From Chiloscyllium plagiosum (Eukaryota), in contig NC_057718.1 of NCBI RefSeq assembly GCF_004010195.1, forward strand, positions 29,903,245 to 29,940,858: a stretch of 37,614 bases of DNA. The letters run 5' to 3'. The position numbers and the translations under genes were made by a program. Below, in pieces: positions 1-12,385 of this stretch. Under the pieces are notes generated by a model that did no database searches, was not told the origin of the DNA, and saw nothing but the letters and a program-made list of their open reading frames with translations. Within the stretch, counting starts at the first letter, position 1; every line of letters begins with the position of its first letter.

Positions 1-1303
1 ATGGCTTTGTGCATGGGAAATCATGTCTCACAAACTTGATTGAGTGAGTTTTTGAAGTAATAATAAAGAGGATTGATGAGGGCAGAACAGTAGATGTTAT
101 CTACATGGACTTCAGTAAGGCATTCAACAAGGATTCTCCCATGGAAGACTGGTTAGCAAGGTTAGATCTCACTGAATACAAGAACTAGCCATTTGGATAC
201 AGAACTGGTTCAAAGGAGGAAGACAGGATGGTGGCGGACAGTTGTTTTTCAGACTGGAGGCCTGTGACCAGTGACGAGCCACATGGATCGGTGCTGGGTC
301 CTCTACTTTTTGTCATTTACATAAGTGATTTGAATGTAAGCATAAGAGGTACAGTTAGTAAGTTTGCGATTGACCACAAAATTGGAGGTATAGTGGACAG
401 CAAAGGAGGTTACCTCAGATTACAACAGGATCTTGACCAGATACCTCAGATTACAACAGGATCTTGACCAGATGGGCCAATGGGCTGAGAAGTGGCAGAT
501 GGAGATCAATTCAGATACATGTGAGGTGCTGCATTTTGGGTAAGCAAATCTTAGCAGGACTTATACACTTAATGGTAAGATCCTATTGAATGTTGCTGAA
601 CAAAGACCTTGGAGTGCGAGGTTCATAGCTCCTTGAAAGTGGAGTCGCAGGTCGATAGGATAGTGATGATGATGTTTGGTATGCTTTCCTTTATTGGTCA
701 GAGTATGGAGTACAGGAGTTGGAAGGTCATGTGGCTGTACAGGACATTGGTTAGGCCACTGTTGGAATATTGCGTGCAATTCTGGTCTCCTTCCTATCAG
801 AATGATGTTGTGAAACTTGAAAGGGTTCAGAAAAGATTTAAGGATGTTGCCAGGGTTGGAGGATTTGAGCTATAGGGAGAGGCTGAACAGGCTGGGGCTG
901 TTTTCTCTGGAGCGTCAGAGGCCGAGGGGTGACATTATAGAGGTTTACAAAATTATATGGGGCATGGATAGGATAAATAGACAAAGTCTTTTCCCTGTGG
1001 TGGGGGGAGTCCAGAACTAGAGGGCATAGGTTTAGAGTGAGAGGGAAAAGATGTAAAAGAGACCTAAGGGGCAACTTTTTCCACGCAGAGCATAGTATGT
1101 GTATGGAATGATCTGCCAGAGGAAGTGGTGGAAGCTAGTATCATTGCAACATTTAAAGGCATTTGGATTGGTATATGAATAGGAAGGTTTTAGAAGGATA
1201 TGGACCGGGTGCTGGCAGGTGGGACCAGATTGGGTTGGGATATCTGGTTGGCATGACAGGTTCGACTGAAGGGTCTACTTCCATGCTGTATATCTCTATG
1301 ACT
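1..1303 (+). mobile_element. CR1/HER1-type LINE, 3' ~1.3 kb (RT to tail), frameshifted
   Basis: ORF pieces [29 protein letters not shown] (decayed FADDTK), LYRTLVRPLLEYCVQFWSP; ends in CR1 tail ...catgctgtatatctctatgact; 31-bp tandem duplication at 411-472. Confidence 0.95.
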
Positions 1304-1612
1304 AAGCTTGTGAGACACTATTTCCCATGCACAAAGCTATGCCGACTATCCCTAAATCAGTCCCTGCCTTTCCAAATACATGTAAATTCTGTCCTTCAGG
1401 ATTCCCTCCAACAACTTGTCTACCACTGATGCCAGACTCACCAGTCCATAGTTCCCTGGCTTTTTCTTATTACCTTTCTGAAAGTGGCACCAAGTTAGCA
1501 AACACCCAGGTCTTCCAACACCTCGCATGTGGCCACGATACAAACATATCAGCAAAGAGTCCAGCAATCACTTCCCTAGCTTCCTAGCAAATGTTCTAGG
1601 GTACACCTGATC
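1304..1612 (-). mobile_element. CR1 fragment (start of RT domain)
   Basis: Minus ORF FQKGNKKKPGNYGLVSLASVVDKLLEGILKDRIYMYLERQGLI. Confidence 0.9.
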
Positions 1613-1819
1613 ATTTCGGAACTGGGTGAATGAAACAAAGGTCATGGGGTGGTTGATAACTGGTCAGGGCACTCAGATGTAAGAGATCTCATTTTTACAC
1701 ATGTTCGAGATAACAGATTCAAACTGAGCACAAAACAATTTAAATTATGTATCTCATATGCTGCTCTAATTCCCAAATCCAGTCACGATGTAATTTCCAC
1801 TGTAAATAGCCTGAAACAA

Positions 1820-2050
1820 AAAATAAGAGCAGGATTATGCCATTTGACTCTTTGAGCTTTCTGTGTCATTTGATATAATCGTGATTGATCATCCAACCGA
1901 GTACACTATTCCTGCTTTCTCACTGCACTCTTCGATCAGTTTAGACCTATCAACAATATTTTACTCTTTGATGAAAGCAGTCTATGTTTTGTCCTCAACC
2001 ACTGGTTAGAAAAAAATTCTCATCTAAGTGGTCAACCCCATACCCTTCAA
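1820..2050 (-). mobile_element. Decayed CR1-type 3' tail
   Basis: aaataagagcaggattatgccattt...gatataatcgtgattgatc resembles the reverse complement of the common shark CR1 tail. Confidence 0.6.
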
Positions 2051-2319
2051 CTGCTCCTGCCTCATCGTTTACATGGTTTTCAACTACTCCATCCTCTATC
2101 TTTGCACTTCTCCCATGGAATATGCACATGAACCATCTCAAAAGCAACAGCCAGGAAGCTTGGATATTTGCTTCTTCCAGGCTTCATCCAGAGAACGACA
2201 ATCATCCATACGTACAAACCCAGTCATCTCATCAGATGAAACTCTTGAAAATCAATAGTGACCATTTATTTTCCCAACAGAAACTAAAGATTAACAGTTG
2301 GTTTATCAAAAAAGAGGTT

Positions 2320-3900
2320 GAGCCAAGGAGGCCATTCAGCTCACCTTGTCTTGGCACTTTCAAAGACCTTATAACTTAATGCCAAATTCCTACCTTTTTC
2401 CAATACCCTGGCACACTTTCTATTCAAACAAAACAAAACACAAACTAATGGCTTCTTGAATGCATTGATTGAACACACCCACAATTCCAGGTAGTGTATT
2501 CCAGATTCAAACCACACTGTGAAAATTGTATGTGTGACCTTCTTGAGCTTTATAAAATCATGAGGGGCATAGGTAAGGCGAATAATCAAGGTTTTCTCCC
2601 CCAGGATTGGGGAGTCCAAAGCTAATGGGCATATGTCTGAGGTAAGATGGGAAAGGTTTAAAAAGAGACATGTTTTGCCACAGAGGGTGATTCATATATG
2701 GAACAAACTGCCAGAGGAAGTGGTAGAGGCCGGTACATTTACAACATCTAAAAGACATTTGGGAAAGCTATATGGAAAGGAACCGTTTTGAGGGTTATGG
2801 GTGAAATGCAGACAAATGGGACTAGATCACTTTAGGAAATCTGGTTGTATGAACGAGTTGGACCGAAGGGTCTATTTCCATACCATATGATTGTACTGCT
2901 TTAGCAAAATGACTAACTCTGCAGCCTATCTACTCTATCCACAACACCCTCATGATTTTGAAAAGGTCTCAAATTTCTTATCTTCTCTCCTTGGATGACT
3001 GTCCCAACTTAACCAACCTATCTTCATTGATGAAATTTCACATCCCTGGAACGATTCTTGTAAACCTCTTCTGCACTCTCTCCAATATGTTCACATCCTT
3101 CCCATAATGAACCATCCAAAACTGAACACAATACTTCAGATGAGATCTAGTGATTTATAGAAGGAGGTCTATAACTCATAGCTCTCCTATTATATATCAC
3201 CATGCAAAGGCAGCCTTGGACACTGCATGCTTCATTAACTACCCTCCATGTGCAATGCCAACTTCAATGATTTACACATATATACCCTGATGTCTCTGCT
3301 TCTGTAGTCCCTTGGGAGCTATGCCACTCGTTTTGTCTTGTTTGTCCATGTTCTTCCTGCCAAAGTGAATCATCTCGTATTTCTCTACATTGAATTGCAT
3401 TTGCTACCCACAACCTTTCCTCCCTGAAGTTTATATTGTTTACAAGTTTTCTATCATGAACAAATTTTGAAAAAAAGGACCTCCACACAAGATCTGGATT
3501 ACGATCATCAAGAAAAGCAAAGGTGCAAATACCAAATCTACTAAAAACCATCTACCACATCCTTTTTAAAAATCCATGTATACCACATCAACACCATTAC
3601 CCTCACCAAGTCTATTACCTCTTCCATTTCGTTGGAAATATTTTCCCCCCTCAACAAATCCATGCCGACTCTTCCTAAAATCAACCAACATTTCTCCATG
3701 TGTCTATCAATTACATCTGATGCAATTGTTTCTAGAAGCTTCCCCACTACTGAAGTTAATCTGACATGTGCAATTGCTGGGTTTAATTTTTGAACAAAGA
3801 ACGTTTACAGTTCTCCGGTCTTCTGACATCTCCCCCAAGCTAGGAAGACTGAAATAACAACCTGTGTCTCAGTAATTTCCATTCTTAAGTCCTTCAATAT
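2320..3900 (-). mobile_element. Old decayed CR1 copy (interrupted by a + strand CR1 tail)
   Basis: Minus ORF GKLLETIASDVIDRHMEKCWLI; recognisable reverse-complement CR1 RT and tail motifs (gtaaacctcttctgcactctctcc, ccaaaactgaacacaatacttc). Confidence 0.75.
2535..2890 (+). mobile_element. CR1 3' end nested in the older minus-strand CR1
   Basis: gtgaccttcttgagctttataaaatcatgaggggcatagg ... gagttggaccgaagggtctatttcc matches the tail at 927-1303. Confidence 0.85.
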
Positions 3901-3907
3901 CCTTGGA

Positions 3908-4126
3908 TTTGGAGATGCGGGTGTTGGACTGGGGTGTACAAAGTTAAAAATCACAACACCAGGTTATAGTCCAACAGGTTTAATTGGAAACACACTAGCT
4001 TTCAGAGTGTCGCTCCTTCATCAGGTGGTAGTGGCCACTACTACCTGATAAGGAGTGACGCTCGGAAAGCTAGTGTGCTTCCGATTAAACCAGTTGGACT
4101 ATAACCTGGTGTTGTGAGATTTTTAA
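3908..4126. mobile_element. Short fold-back (palindromic) PLE-terminus insertion with 13-bp TSD
   Basis: Arms 3943-4034 and 4035-4127 are near reverse complements with no loop (gtagtgg|ccactac); flanks caatatccttgga (3895-3907) and caatatcctcgga (4127-4139). Confidence 0.85.
3993..4027 (-). ncRNA. Minimal hammerhead ribozyme motif (PLE type)
   Basis: CAC-CUGAUGA-A-GGAG cgaca CUCU-GAA-AGCU-A-GUG: core boxes, stem II, palindromic AGCU, stem I CAC/GUG. Confidence 0.75.
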
Positions 4127-4177
4127 CAATATCCTCGGAAGCATCTCAACTACTGCCTTAAGAACTCAGGATCAGCC

Positions 4178-4460
4178 AGGGCAATATGGTGCCTCAGAGG
4201 TTAGCATAAATGCCTTGTAGCAGAGACACTGATTCAACTCCAGCCTCGGGTGACCTTCTCTGTAGAGTTGGCACACACTCAGTGTCTGCACAAGTTTCCA
4301 CTGGATACTCTGATTTCCTCCCACAGTCCAAAGATGTGTAGATTAGATGAATTGGCCATGGAAAACTCAAGGTCAAGGGGGTCTGTGCAGGATGCTCTTC
4401 AGAGGATTGGTGTGGACTCCATGGACTGAATGGCCTGCTTCCATGCTGTCGAGATTCAAC
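4178..4460 (+). mobile_element. HE1-like V-SINE (tRNA-derived)
   Basis: tRNA-like head (ggtgcctcagaggttagc...gattcaactcc), V-domain-like core (ctctgatttcctcccacagtccaaagatgtg...ggccatgg), CR1-like tail (gaatggcctgcttccatgctgt). Confidence 0.85.
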
Positions 4461-4499
4461 ATTTCTGTCGACAGTTCAATTATTTTCTATGAATTTTGA

Positions 4500-5150
4500 T
4501 GATTTCTAGTGACTGACCTTCCTCCTTCAGTCACTATACCAAGGTGGCAGTTGCTACCTTGGCTGAAGTGGGATGCCATGTATTCCTTGAACCCCTCAGC
4601 TATGCCCTGCAAAATTTATACACAATTTCTTCTTGGTCCTGATCACCCCATTCCTCTTTTCACCACCTTTGTATTCATTACCAATCAAAAATGTTGGTTC
4701 ATCTGTAAGCCAAGATATAATCTTTACATAATCCAGTTTTCCTTCTTTTAGATTTCCATTCTGAGCTGTTTGTACACAGCTTGATTTTCTATTCTACATG
4801 TGCATTGGTATTAAGCAAACGATATTCTTCACCTTAATTTCTACCTCTTTGCTCATCCAGGAGCGCTGGATTTGTTGCCCTACTTCACTTCCTATAAGAC
4901 TATACCTACCATGTGCTCAAAGCGTTCCCTTGTTCAAGGTAGCCCACTGTTCAGCTAGTTTCACCCACCAGGTTTTGGTTCCAACTTATTCAATCCTGCT
5001 CAGTTCTTGCTCCATTGAGGTCAGCTCTACCCCCAGTTAATTATTCTGACTCTGGATCCCCCACTGTCCAGCTTCACTTTCATCATAAGTGATCACTGTC
5101 TCCTAAGTGTTCCCTGCTGATACCAAGTCTAACAGAGTTCCCTTTCTTGC
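4500..5150 (-). mobile_element. Highly decayed CR1 (linker/endonuclease end)
   Basis: gtgatcactgtctcctaagtgttccctgctgatac reads approximately VSAGNT-LGDSDH on the minus strand, the end of the CR1 APE domain. Confidence 0.6.
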
Positions 5151-5269
5151 AAGATAAACAAAATCAAAGTCAAAGCTCTTCACAAAAGCTATATTACTGC
5201 ATCCGGAAATGTTTTACAAAAATCTTGTTAAAAATCCTACCTGTGTTAAAGAAAGACTTGCCCTCCCAT

Positions 5270-5580
5270 CACAGGAGAATGATACAGCACTGAAAATCAC
5301 CATTTATTTCATTAAACCCACGTCAGCTCTTTGATGGAGTTATCCACTTTGTCCACTACTTCACTCTCTAACCATGGAAACCTTTTCCCTTCAAGATGGA
5401 TGGGCAATAAATGTTGGCTGATAAAGTATTTATCCAATTCTCTTTATGAAGGTTTTCATGGCATCTGCTGTAGTCCCTCAGCACTGGCCAAGTATCAGTA
5501 TAAACTTTAGACTGAAGTCTGTGGAATGAGACTTGAACACAAGATTTCAATCATAACATTAGGAGCCACTAAAGTCTGTA
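5270..5580 (-). mobile_element. Decayed DeuSINE (SacSINE-like) 5' part plus LINE-tail fragment
   Basis: gtagtccctcagcactggccaagtatcagt...gaagtctgtggaatgagacttgaacacaag resembles the reverse complement of a tRNA-derived DeuSINE head. Confidence 0.55.
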
Positions 5581-5799
5581 ACTTTGGCTGAGTAAATGAG
5601 TTAATTCAAGAATGCACAGTGAGAAGTGTGAGGATGCTGCTTTCTAAAAAAATTAATGCCAACTTCCAAACTTGTATGATAAATGATTTGCATCATGATG
5701 TTAGACTGTAATATGCAGCACCTGATGTCACTCAGGTACTCCACTATGGCATGGCAATCTCTGATGCATTTGCTGCAAAGGAAGGCAGTGGGCTGAGAA

Positions 5800-6930
5800 G
5801 GTGCACAATTTGCAGATCTCTTCTCTGGGCCCTTTTCTCAGCCAGCTAAGCTTTGCACTTTTAGGCATCCTTGTATGGGAGAATCCATAATCCTGCAACT
5901 GCTTCATGATAGCACAGTTAAATTTGCACTGAGTAGAGATTGGAAACAAAACTAATATTGTATGATAGCCCCATACTATTTACAATTCGCATGCGGTTAT
6001 TCACTTCAAACATCAACTGTCCTCTGGATGCAAGCATTAATTACTACCAAAATGGAAAAAGTATTGGCCACACTTGATTCATGCCACCCTAGATATGCAT
6101 GATCATGGTATACAGATGATTACAATGTCTTTGCCCACTCTGGACTAGAATCAATTCTGTATACAAGAGATTCAATCTGTCTTTGAATGTTGCCAAAACG
6201 GAACTCAAAGAACCCAGGCCAGGTTATTTAACTATTCCAGCCACCATAAATGCTGAAGGATAGACTCTGGACGAAGTTGAACACTTCCCATACCTTGGCA
6301 GCCATCTCCATCAAAAGGTTTCCATTCATGAGGTAACCAAATACCTGATCAACCACACTAGCTCAGCCTTATACACACTACGACAGCAAGTGCTTGACAA
6401 TTAAAAAAAGCCACAAGTCAGGTCCTGGCATAAAGAGCTATGGTCATCATTACGGTCCCATATTGCAGCAAGACTCCCACTGCATCAGAGACACAACAGA
6501 CAAAGTCCACTGAATGTCACTGCTATATTCTCCATTATTGGGAGAACCATCATACTATTACAAAACAAAAGCATCCTTCTTGAAGCCAGTCCTACAAGGA
6601 TGTATCAAAACTCCTGTAAAATCAGTTACAATTAACTGGCCATCATTACCAGGTGGCAAAAAGTGCTGCCCTACTAGGTCCTGTTTTCTTAGCAGGAAAG
6701 CTGCAAAGATACCCTGAACGCACAACCGCATCAATATTCATGACAAAGAAACTTGCTACCAATCATGGTGACAAATTCTCAAAGGGGCATCATGTTCTGG
6801 GTCCAAACACTTGAATGATGGGGCAAAGTTGCAACAAATGAGAAAAGAGAAGTCCTTCACCAAAGCTCCTAGCCCAAGCGTTCAACAACTGCAGGTCAAG
6901 AATCTGCCTGTTTAGCCACATGAATACCAT
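5800..6930 (+). mobile_element. RTE-clade (BovB-like) LINE remnant, RT to 3' end
   Basis: Manual translation gives YTDDYNVFAHS and YKRFNLSLNVAKTE...TLDEVEHFPYLGSHL...INHTSSALYTLRQQVLDN, matching RTE RT motifs YADDxxxxAHS and VxxFxYLGS...ASxAFxxLxxxV. Confidence 0.85.
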
Positions 6931-7949
6931 GACAGAATTTCAGAGTTCTTAGTTGGTGCTATCCTTGACTCAATGGAGCCAAGATATACCCAGAGGGTTT
7001 TTACCAAACTTCCAGTGGTCTACAGTCATTCAATAAACCAAGCAAGCACCATGTCACTAGCTGGTCAACAGCCCTTCTGATGCAATTAGCATCCTCCTGA
7101 CCTTCAATTGCTGTCCTTTTCCTAACAAGATATGCCAAAAATACATCTGAGACAGTGAAGGTGAAAACTCCTCTGCCTTTGTATGTCAACATTAAACAAG
7201 GACAGAATAAAGGCAAGGAAGTTGTCAATAGCTCCCTGGTTAAATAGCAAAGCTGAAATACACCAAAACCCATCCCAATAGATGGCCAATCACTTGAGGC
7301 CTGACTAGAGCATCCCAAGGTGAGATGAAGGGAGGCAATGTTGCAAAGTCAACAGCCAGTATGGGTCAGATAATAGCAAGATAATGTTGAGTACATAATG
7401 TTTTCAGTCTCTTCCAGGAATCAGCTCGTCTATTAATTGGTCAAAAGCTAATCAAATTTCCCTGACACAGACAGTTTCAGCTTACAATTTTGAAAGCCAC
7501 TTAAGCAGCCATGGTGATTGGAGCCATGAGAGGTAGCCAAAAGCATGTTCAGTGTGTAATTCCATAGTGCAACTACCACAAGTATCTGCTTTTAACCCAA
7601 ATCTAAGCAAAGACCCCATTTCTATATACCCATAGCTAATCCTGCCAAGAGTAAATTTAGTTATTTATTTTTGAAATCTTAGTTGGAGCTGTAATGGCTC
7701 TACGAGGATCCTGGCAATCAGACTGATTCATCTTGTCAACAACAGGACATAAAATACAAGTTTCTTTTTATATAGGCTTTCCAAAACAGCTAAGATTTCA
7801 TAATTTCTCTGAAATCGGGCGCATGACAATTTTTTATTTTTATTGAAAATTTAACGTTTTTACAAGCTTACAAATAAAACAACACAAGTACAAACACTAA
7901 TTATACAATTAAATCTTAAATAAATAGCCAAAATCAGTCGAACAAAAAG

Positions 7950-8620
7950 AAGTGGAGTCGCAGGTAGATAGGATAGTGAAGGCGGTATTTGGTACGCTTT
8001 CCTTTATTGGTCAGAGTATTGAGTACAGGCGTTGGGAGGTCATGTTGCGGATGTACAGGACATTGGTTAGGCCACTGTTGGAAAACTGCGTGCAATTCTG
8101 GTCTCCTTCCTATCAGAAAGATGTTGTGAAACTTGAAAGGGTTCAGAAAAGATTTACAAGGATGTTGCCAGGGTTGGAGGATCTCAGCTACAGGGATAGG
8201 CTGAACAGGCTGGGGCTGATTTCCCTGGAGTGTCGGAGGCTGAGGGGTGACCTTATAGAGGTTTACAAAATTACAGAGGGGCATAGACAGAATAAATAGA
8301 GTCTTTTCCCTGGGGTGGGGGAGTCCAGAACTAGGGGCATAGGTTTAGGGTGAGAGGGGAAAGATATAAAAGAGACCTAAGGGACAATTTTTTCCACGCA
8401 GAGGGTGGTACATGTGTGGAATGAGCTGCCAGAGGATGTGGTGGAGGCTGGTACAATTGCAACATTTAAGAGGCATTTGGATGGGTATATGAATAGGAAG
8501 GGTTTGGAGGGATATGGGCCAGGTGCTGGCAGGTGGGACTAGATTGGATTGGGATATCTGGTCGGCATGGACAGGTTGGACCAAAGGGTCCGTTTCCATG
8601 CTGTACATCTCTATGACTCT
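7950..8620 (+). mobile_element. Young 5'-truncated CR1 nested in the L1 3' UTR
   Basis: ORF VESQVDRIVKAVFGTLSFIGQSIEYR...RLRGDLIEVYKI; tail ends catctctatgactct; near-identical to 1-1303 and 34738-35925. Confidence 0.95.
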
Positions 8621-8627
8621 AAGAGAT

Positions 8628-8890
8628 AGAAAGAAAAAAGGAAAAAACTCAACTAACTACTAATGTAACCTATAACTAACCAGAGTGTATGATCAAATAT
8701 CTTACATTACTCAAGAAAAAAAAAGAGGATAACAGTAATTAAATAGTGATTACATGCTCAGAAAGAAAAAAGGAAAAAACTCAACTAACTACTAATGTAA
8801 CCTATAACTAACCAGAGTGTATGATCAAATATCTTACATTACTCAAAAAAAAAAAGAGGATAACAGTAATTAAATAGTGATTACATGCTC
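8628..8890. repeat. Tandem duplication of ~132 bp in the L1 3' UTR
   Basis: agaaagaaaaaaggaaaaaactc...gattacatgctc at 8628-8759 and 8760-8890, differing only in the A-run. Confidence 0.95.
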
Positions 8891-9019
8891 GGAATGAACA
8901 TCAAATCGTAATAAAACCCGTATTCAAGTGGGATTCCTCCCCCAAAGGGGCCCCAGACCAGCCAGAACCGTTACCTCAACTAGATGAATGTGGCGTCTGA
9001 GACACACAGATGAAAACCT

Positions 9020-11869
9020 CATGCCCCAACTAGAGGAGTATAGGGGGATGTTTTATGTGAATTACCCTCGTTTTTGCCACATTATATTTGAGGCTTTAAT
9101 TGTGTTTAATACTATGGGGTTTTTACAGTGGTCCATAATGATTTTCATCTTATCTAAAAATAAGAGGTTAATAAGAGGGCACTTTGAGAAGCCTCAATGT
9201 CCAGCCAGATTGTGATTGCGGGTCAGACGAGAACCCAATCGGCTATGTAGCTTACTAGGGAACTCAGCTGATACTTCCTAAAGTCTGGAAAATCCAGCCC
9301 TCCCTTGCCTGTGGAAGCTGTAGCTTCCTTAACTTAATGAGGGGCCGTCTATGATTCCAGATGAAAGAACCAAGCCAACCATACAATTTGCGCACGGCCG
9401 GCTTGGGCAACATCACCGGGAGTATTCTCATAGGGTATAAGAGACGGAGCAAGATATTCATTTTAATTAGAGCTATTCTACCTAGCCATGAAATTGGAAG
9501 ATCCCCCAAACGTTGAAGGTCCTGCCTTATCCTTTCCAGTAGATGCACAAAATTGACCTTGTATAGATGGCCAAATATTGGGGCAATAAAAATGCCTAAA
9601 TATAAGAAACCGCCTAGAGACCACCAAAAGGGAAAGTGAGATCCGTCCAATAAGTGGGACATACTAGCGAGGCCACCCATCGGCAAGGCCTCTGATTTTG
9701 AGAAATTAATTTTCTCGCCTGAGAATGCACTACATATATTAATAACTTGGATTAAGCGAGGCACAGACATCAGAGGATTACTAAAAAAAAAAAGAGAACA
9801 TCTGCAAAAAAGGATAATTTTATGTTTCCTTGTACCAACCCTTGGAGCCGTTATATTAGAATAAGCCCGTATAGCTTCTGCTAGTGGCTTAATTATTAGC
9901 TTGAATAGTAATGGTGAGAGAGGACATCCCTGACGACAGCCCCTACCCACACTGAAGCTGTCCGAGCCTAATCCATGGGTGATCACAACTGCTTTGGGAT
10001 CATTAAACAATGTTGAGACCCATTTAGCAAATACCTTTCCAACGCCAAACCTTTCCAATGTGTACAACAGGTATGACCATTCAACCCTGTCGAATGCCTT
10101 CTCTGCATCCAATGAGACTACTATTCCCAGTATTTTTTCCTGATGACAGATTTGAATCACATTCAAAACCCTAACATTATTAGATGATCTACGGCCTTTG
10201 ATAAACCCAGTCTGATCCTCTTATGATATATGGCAATACCCTCTCCAGCCTCAATGCTAATGTTTTAGAAAGAATTTTAAAATCTACATTTAGCAAGGAT
10301 AGTGGTCCTAAAAGGTCCTTTCCTTTTTTAAGAATAAGGGAGATATTTGTCTCTTTCAGGTGGCAGCCCTGACTATGAATAATTGTACATGCCTGTAAAT
10401 GGACCAGCTAATACTCCTGTAAACTCTTTGTAGAATTCAACCTGAAATCTATCTGGGACAGGTGCCTTACCATTCTGAAGCTGCCTGATTGTGTAGAGTA
10501 CTTTCTGGGTTGTTAGGGGAGCATTCAGGATTGATACCTGTTCCGGGGTTAAGTCCGGAAAGGCCAGGCATCCTCCTGGCTCTATCTTCACAATCCTGTG
10601 ATTTATACAAATCAGAATAAAACTTTGAAGATTGTGTTGATCCTTTTATGATCGTGAGTCAGAGTACCAGCACTTTTCCTGATGGATGTGATAGCTTGAG
10701 GGGCCTTTTTTCCTTGCGAGGAATGCGAAGTAGCTACCAGGTTTATCGCCAAATTCATATAATCGTTGCTTTGCAAATAATATTTCCCTCTTTGCCATTT
10801 GGGTAAGCGCAGTATTCAGGGTTGTCCTAAGGGCCACAAACCTTTGTAATTTTGCAATAGAAGGTCTATCAACATACGCTGTTTCAGCTGTTTTTAAGCG
10901 AGCCTCGAGTGTACGCTGTTGTTCTCCCTTTAGTTTTTTTCTGGGTTGCCAAGTATGAAATGATCAGATCTCACACATAAACCTTAATGGTCTCCCACAT
11001 CATTGACAGGTTACGAGCCGTACCAGAATTAATTTCCAAAAAAGTTTTAAATTCTAGAGAAAAATATTTTACAAATTTACTATCCTTCATTAAGAAGGAA
11101 TCCATACGCCAAGGTCGGGGGTGGTGGTGGGAGAGGAGGGGGGGGAATGCCTCATTGTTCCGAGCCTCTATTTCCATATACACAGCAGCGTGATCTGAAA
11201 TTACCTATTTTGCAGGATGATGTGGAATTCAAAAAGGTCGAGGGGGCAAAAAAACATGTCAATACTAGTGTGTCATTTATGTGGATTAGAGGAAAGAGAA
11301 ATCTCTGCCTTGCAGGTGAAGGCACCTCCACATATCGACTAATCCTAACTTTTTATTCAAATCCGCCCATTGTCTGGATCTGGGGAATACACCCGCAGTA
11401 CTCTTGGGTATCCTGTCTATCTCTGGGTCCATAATGCAATTAAAGTCTCCCCCTATAATTGTATGATGAGCCCAGAGAGCCATCAGTTTGGCGAAGGCTG
11501 CCATTATAAATTTGAAAGGATGTGCCGGGGGACAATACAGATTTAAAATCCCATGTTCCTCTCCATTTATAAGGGCTTTAATCAGTGTCTATCATCCAGA
11601 TTCATCTTTTATCTGACTTAGGATTTTGAAAGGGAGATTCTTCCAAATAAGAATGACTACTCCCCTCCTTTTTGAGCTGAAAGAAAAGGCGGCCTGATCA
11701 AATCCACCCTGTTGTAATTTCAAGAGTTCTTTATCCAGTAAATGTGTCTCCTGCAGGAGAGCTATATCAACCCTTTCATTTTTGAGATTTGATAATATTT
11801 TCTTCCCTTTGACTGGTGAATTACACCTCTGACATTCCAGGTGCACCATTTATTCGAATGACTAATCAT
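9020..11869 (-). pseudogene. L1 ORF2 (APE endonuclease + RT), disrupted, C-terminal CCHC region absent
   Basis: ATG at 11869 (MISHSNKWCTWNVRG), many frameshifts, catalytic YADD reduced to FAD-V near 9800; longest open piece 9264-10166. Confidence 0.9.
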
Positions 11870-12179
11870 AATCGTCCAAGCAAGCCTGAGAACCCCCCCC
11901 GCAGAGGAGAAACCCCATCCAAAACACTCCAAGCATAGACCACAGAAAATTCACAAATAGAGATTCTTTAATACACTTGGACCAATATAATAAAAACCTA
12001 TTTCGAAATAGAAAAAATGTAAAACATTTAAATGGAGATTTTCCCACCTTGTTTCCAGGGGGCATCACTTCCTTTCCGAAAACCCATCATATCCTCTCCC
12101 AACCGGTGCCCCACCCTCAAATCAGGCATTCATAATAATTTTTAAAATTCAAGGTGTACTATAAAGCTAAAGTTAACGG

Positions 12180-12385
12180 TGAGCTTTTGCAGCGCAACCG
12201 ACAACGATTCCCACCTGCTCCTGGACTCTTCTATAAAGGCATTGATCTTCTCTTCAAGCTTGGAAATCACTGCAACAAGGCTTGCCACCGTAGGTAAGTC
12301 CCCCGAGGCGGCTGTGGATGCCTCTGCTGCAGCTGGGGAGGGGTTCCTGTGTGCTGCAAGCTGCAGACATTCTTTCTCTTAGTCA
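12180..12385 (-). pseudogene. L1 ORF1 N-terminal (coiled-coil) remnant
   Basis: Minus reading MTKEKECLQLAAHRNPSPAAAEASTAASGDLPTVASLVAVISKLEEKINAFIEESRSRWESLSVALQKL, then an abrupt jump to spacer-like sequence. Confidence 0.7.

Noticed and set aside
1984..2379. 131-aa + ORF, and minus-strand peptide VSSDEMTGFVRMDDCRSLDEAWKKQISKLPGCCF
   Set aside because: The + ORF begins and ends in CR1 tail fragments; the minus peptide has a weak acceptor and no recognisable homology.
4178..4250. tRNA gene
   Set aside because: A/B-box-like sequence is the decayed head of a V-SINE; no cloverleaf.
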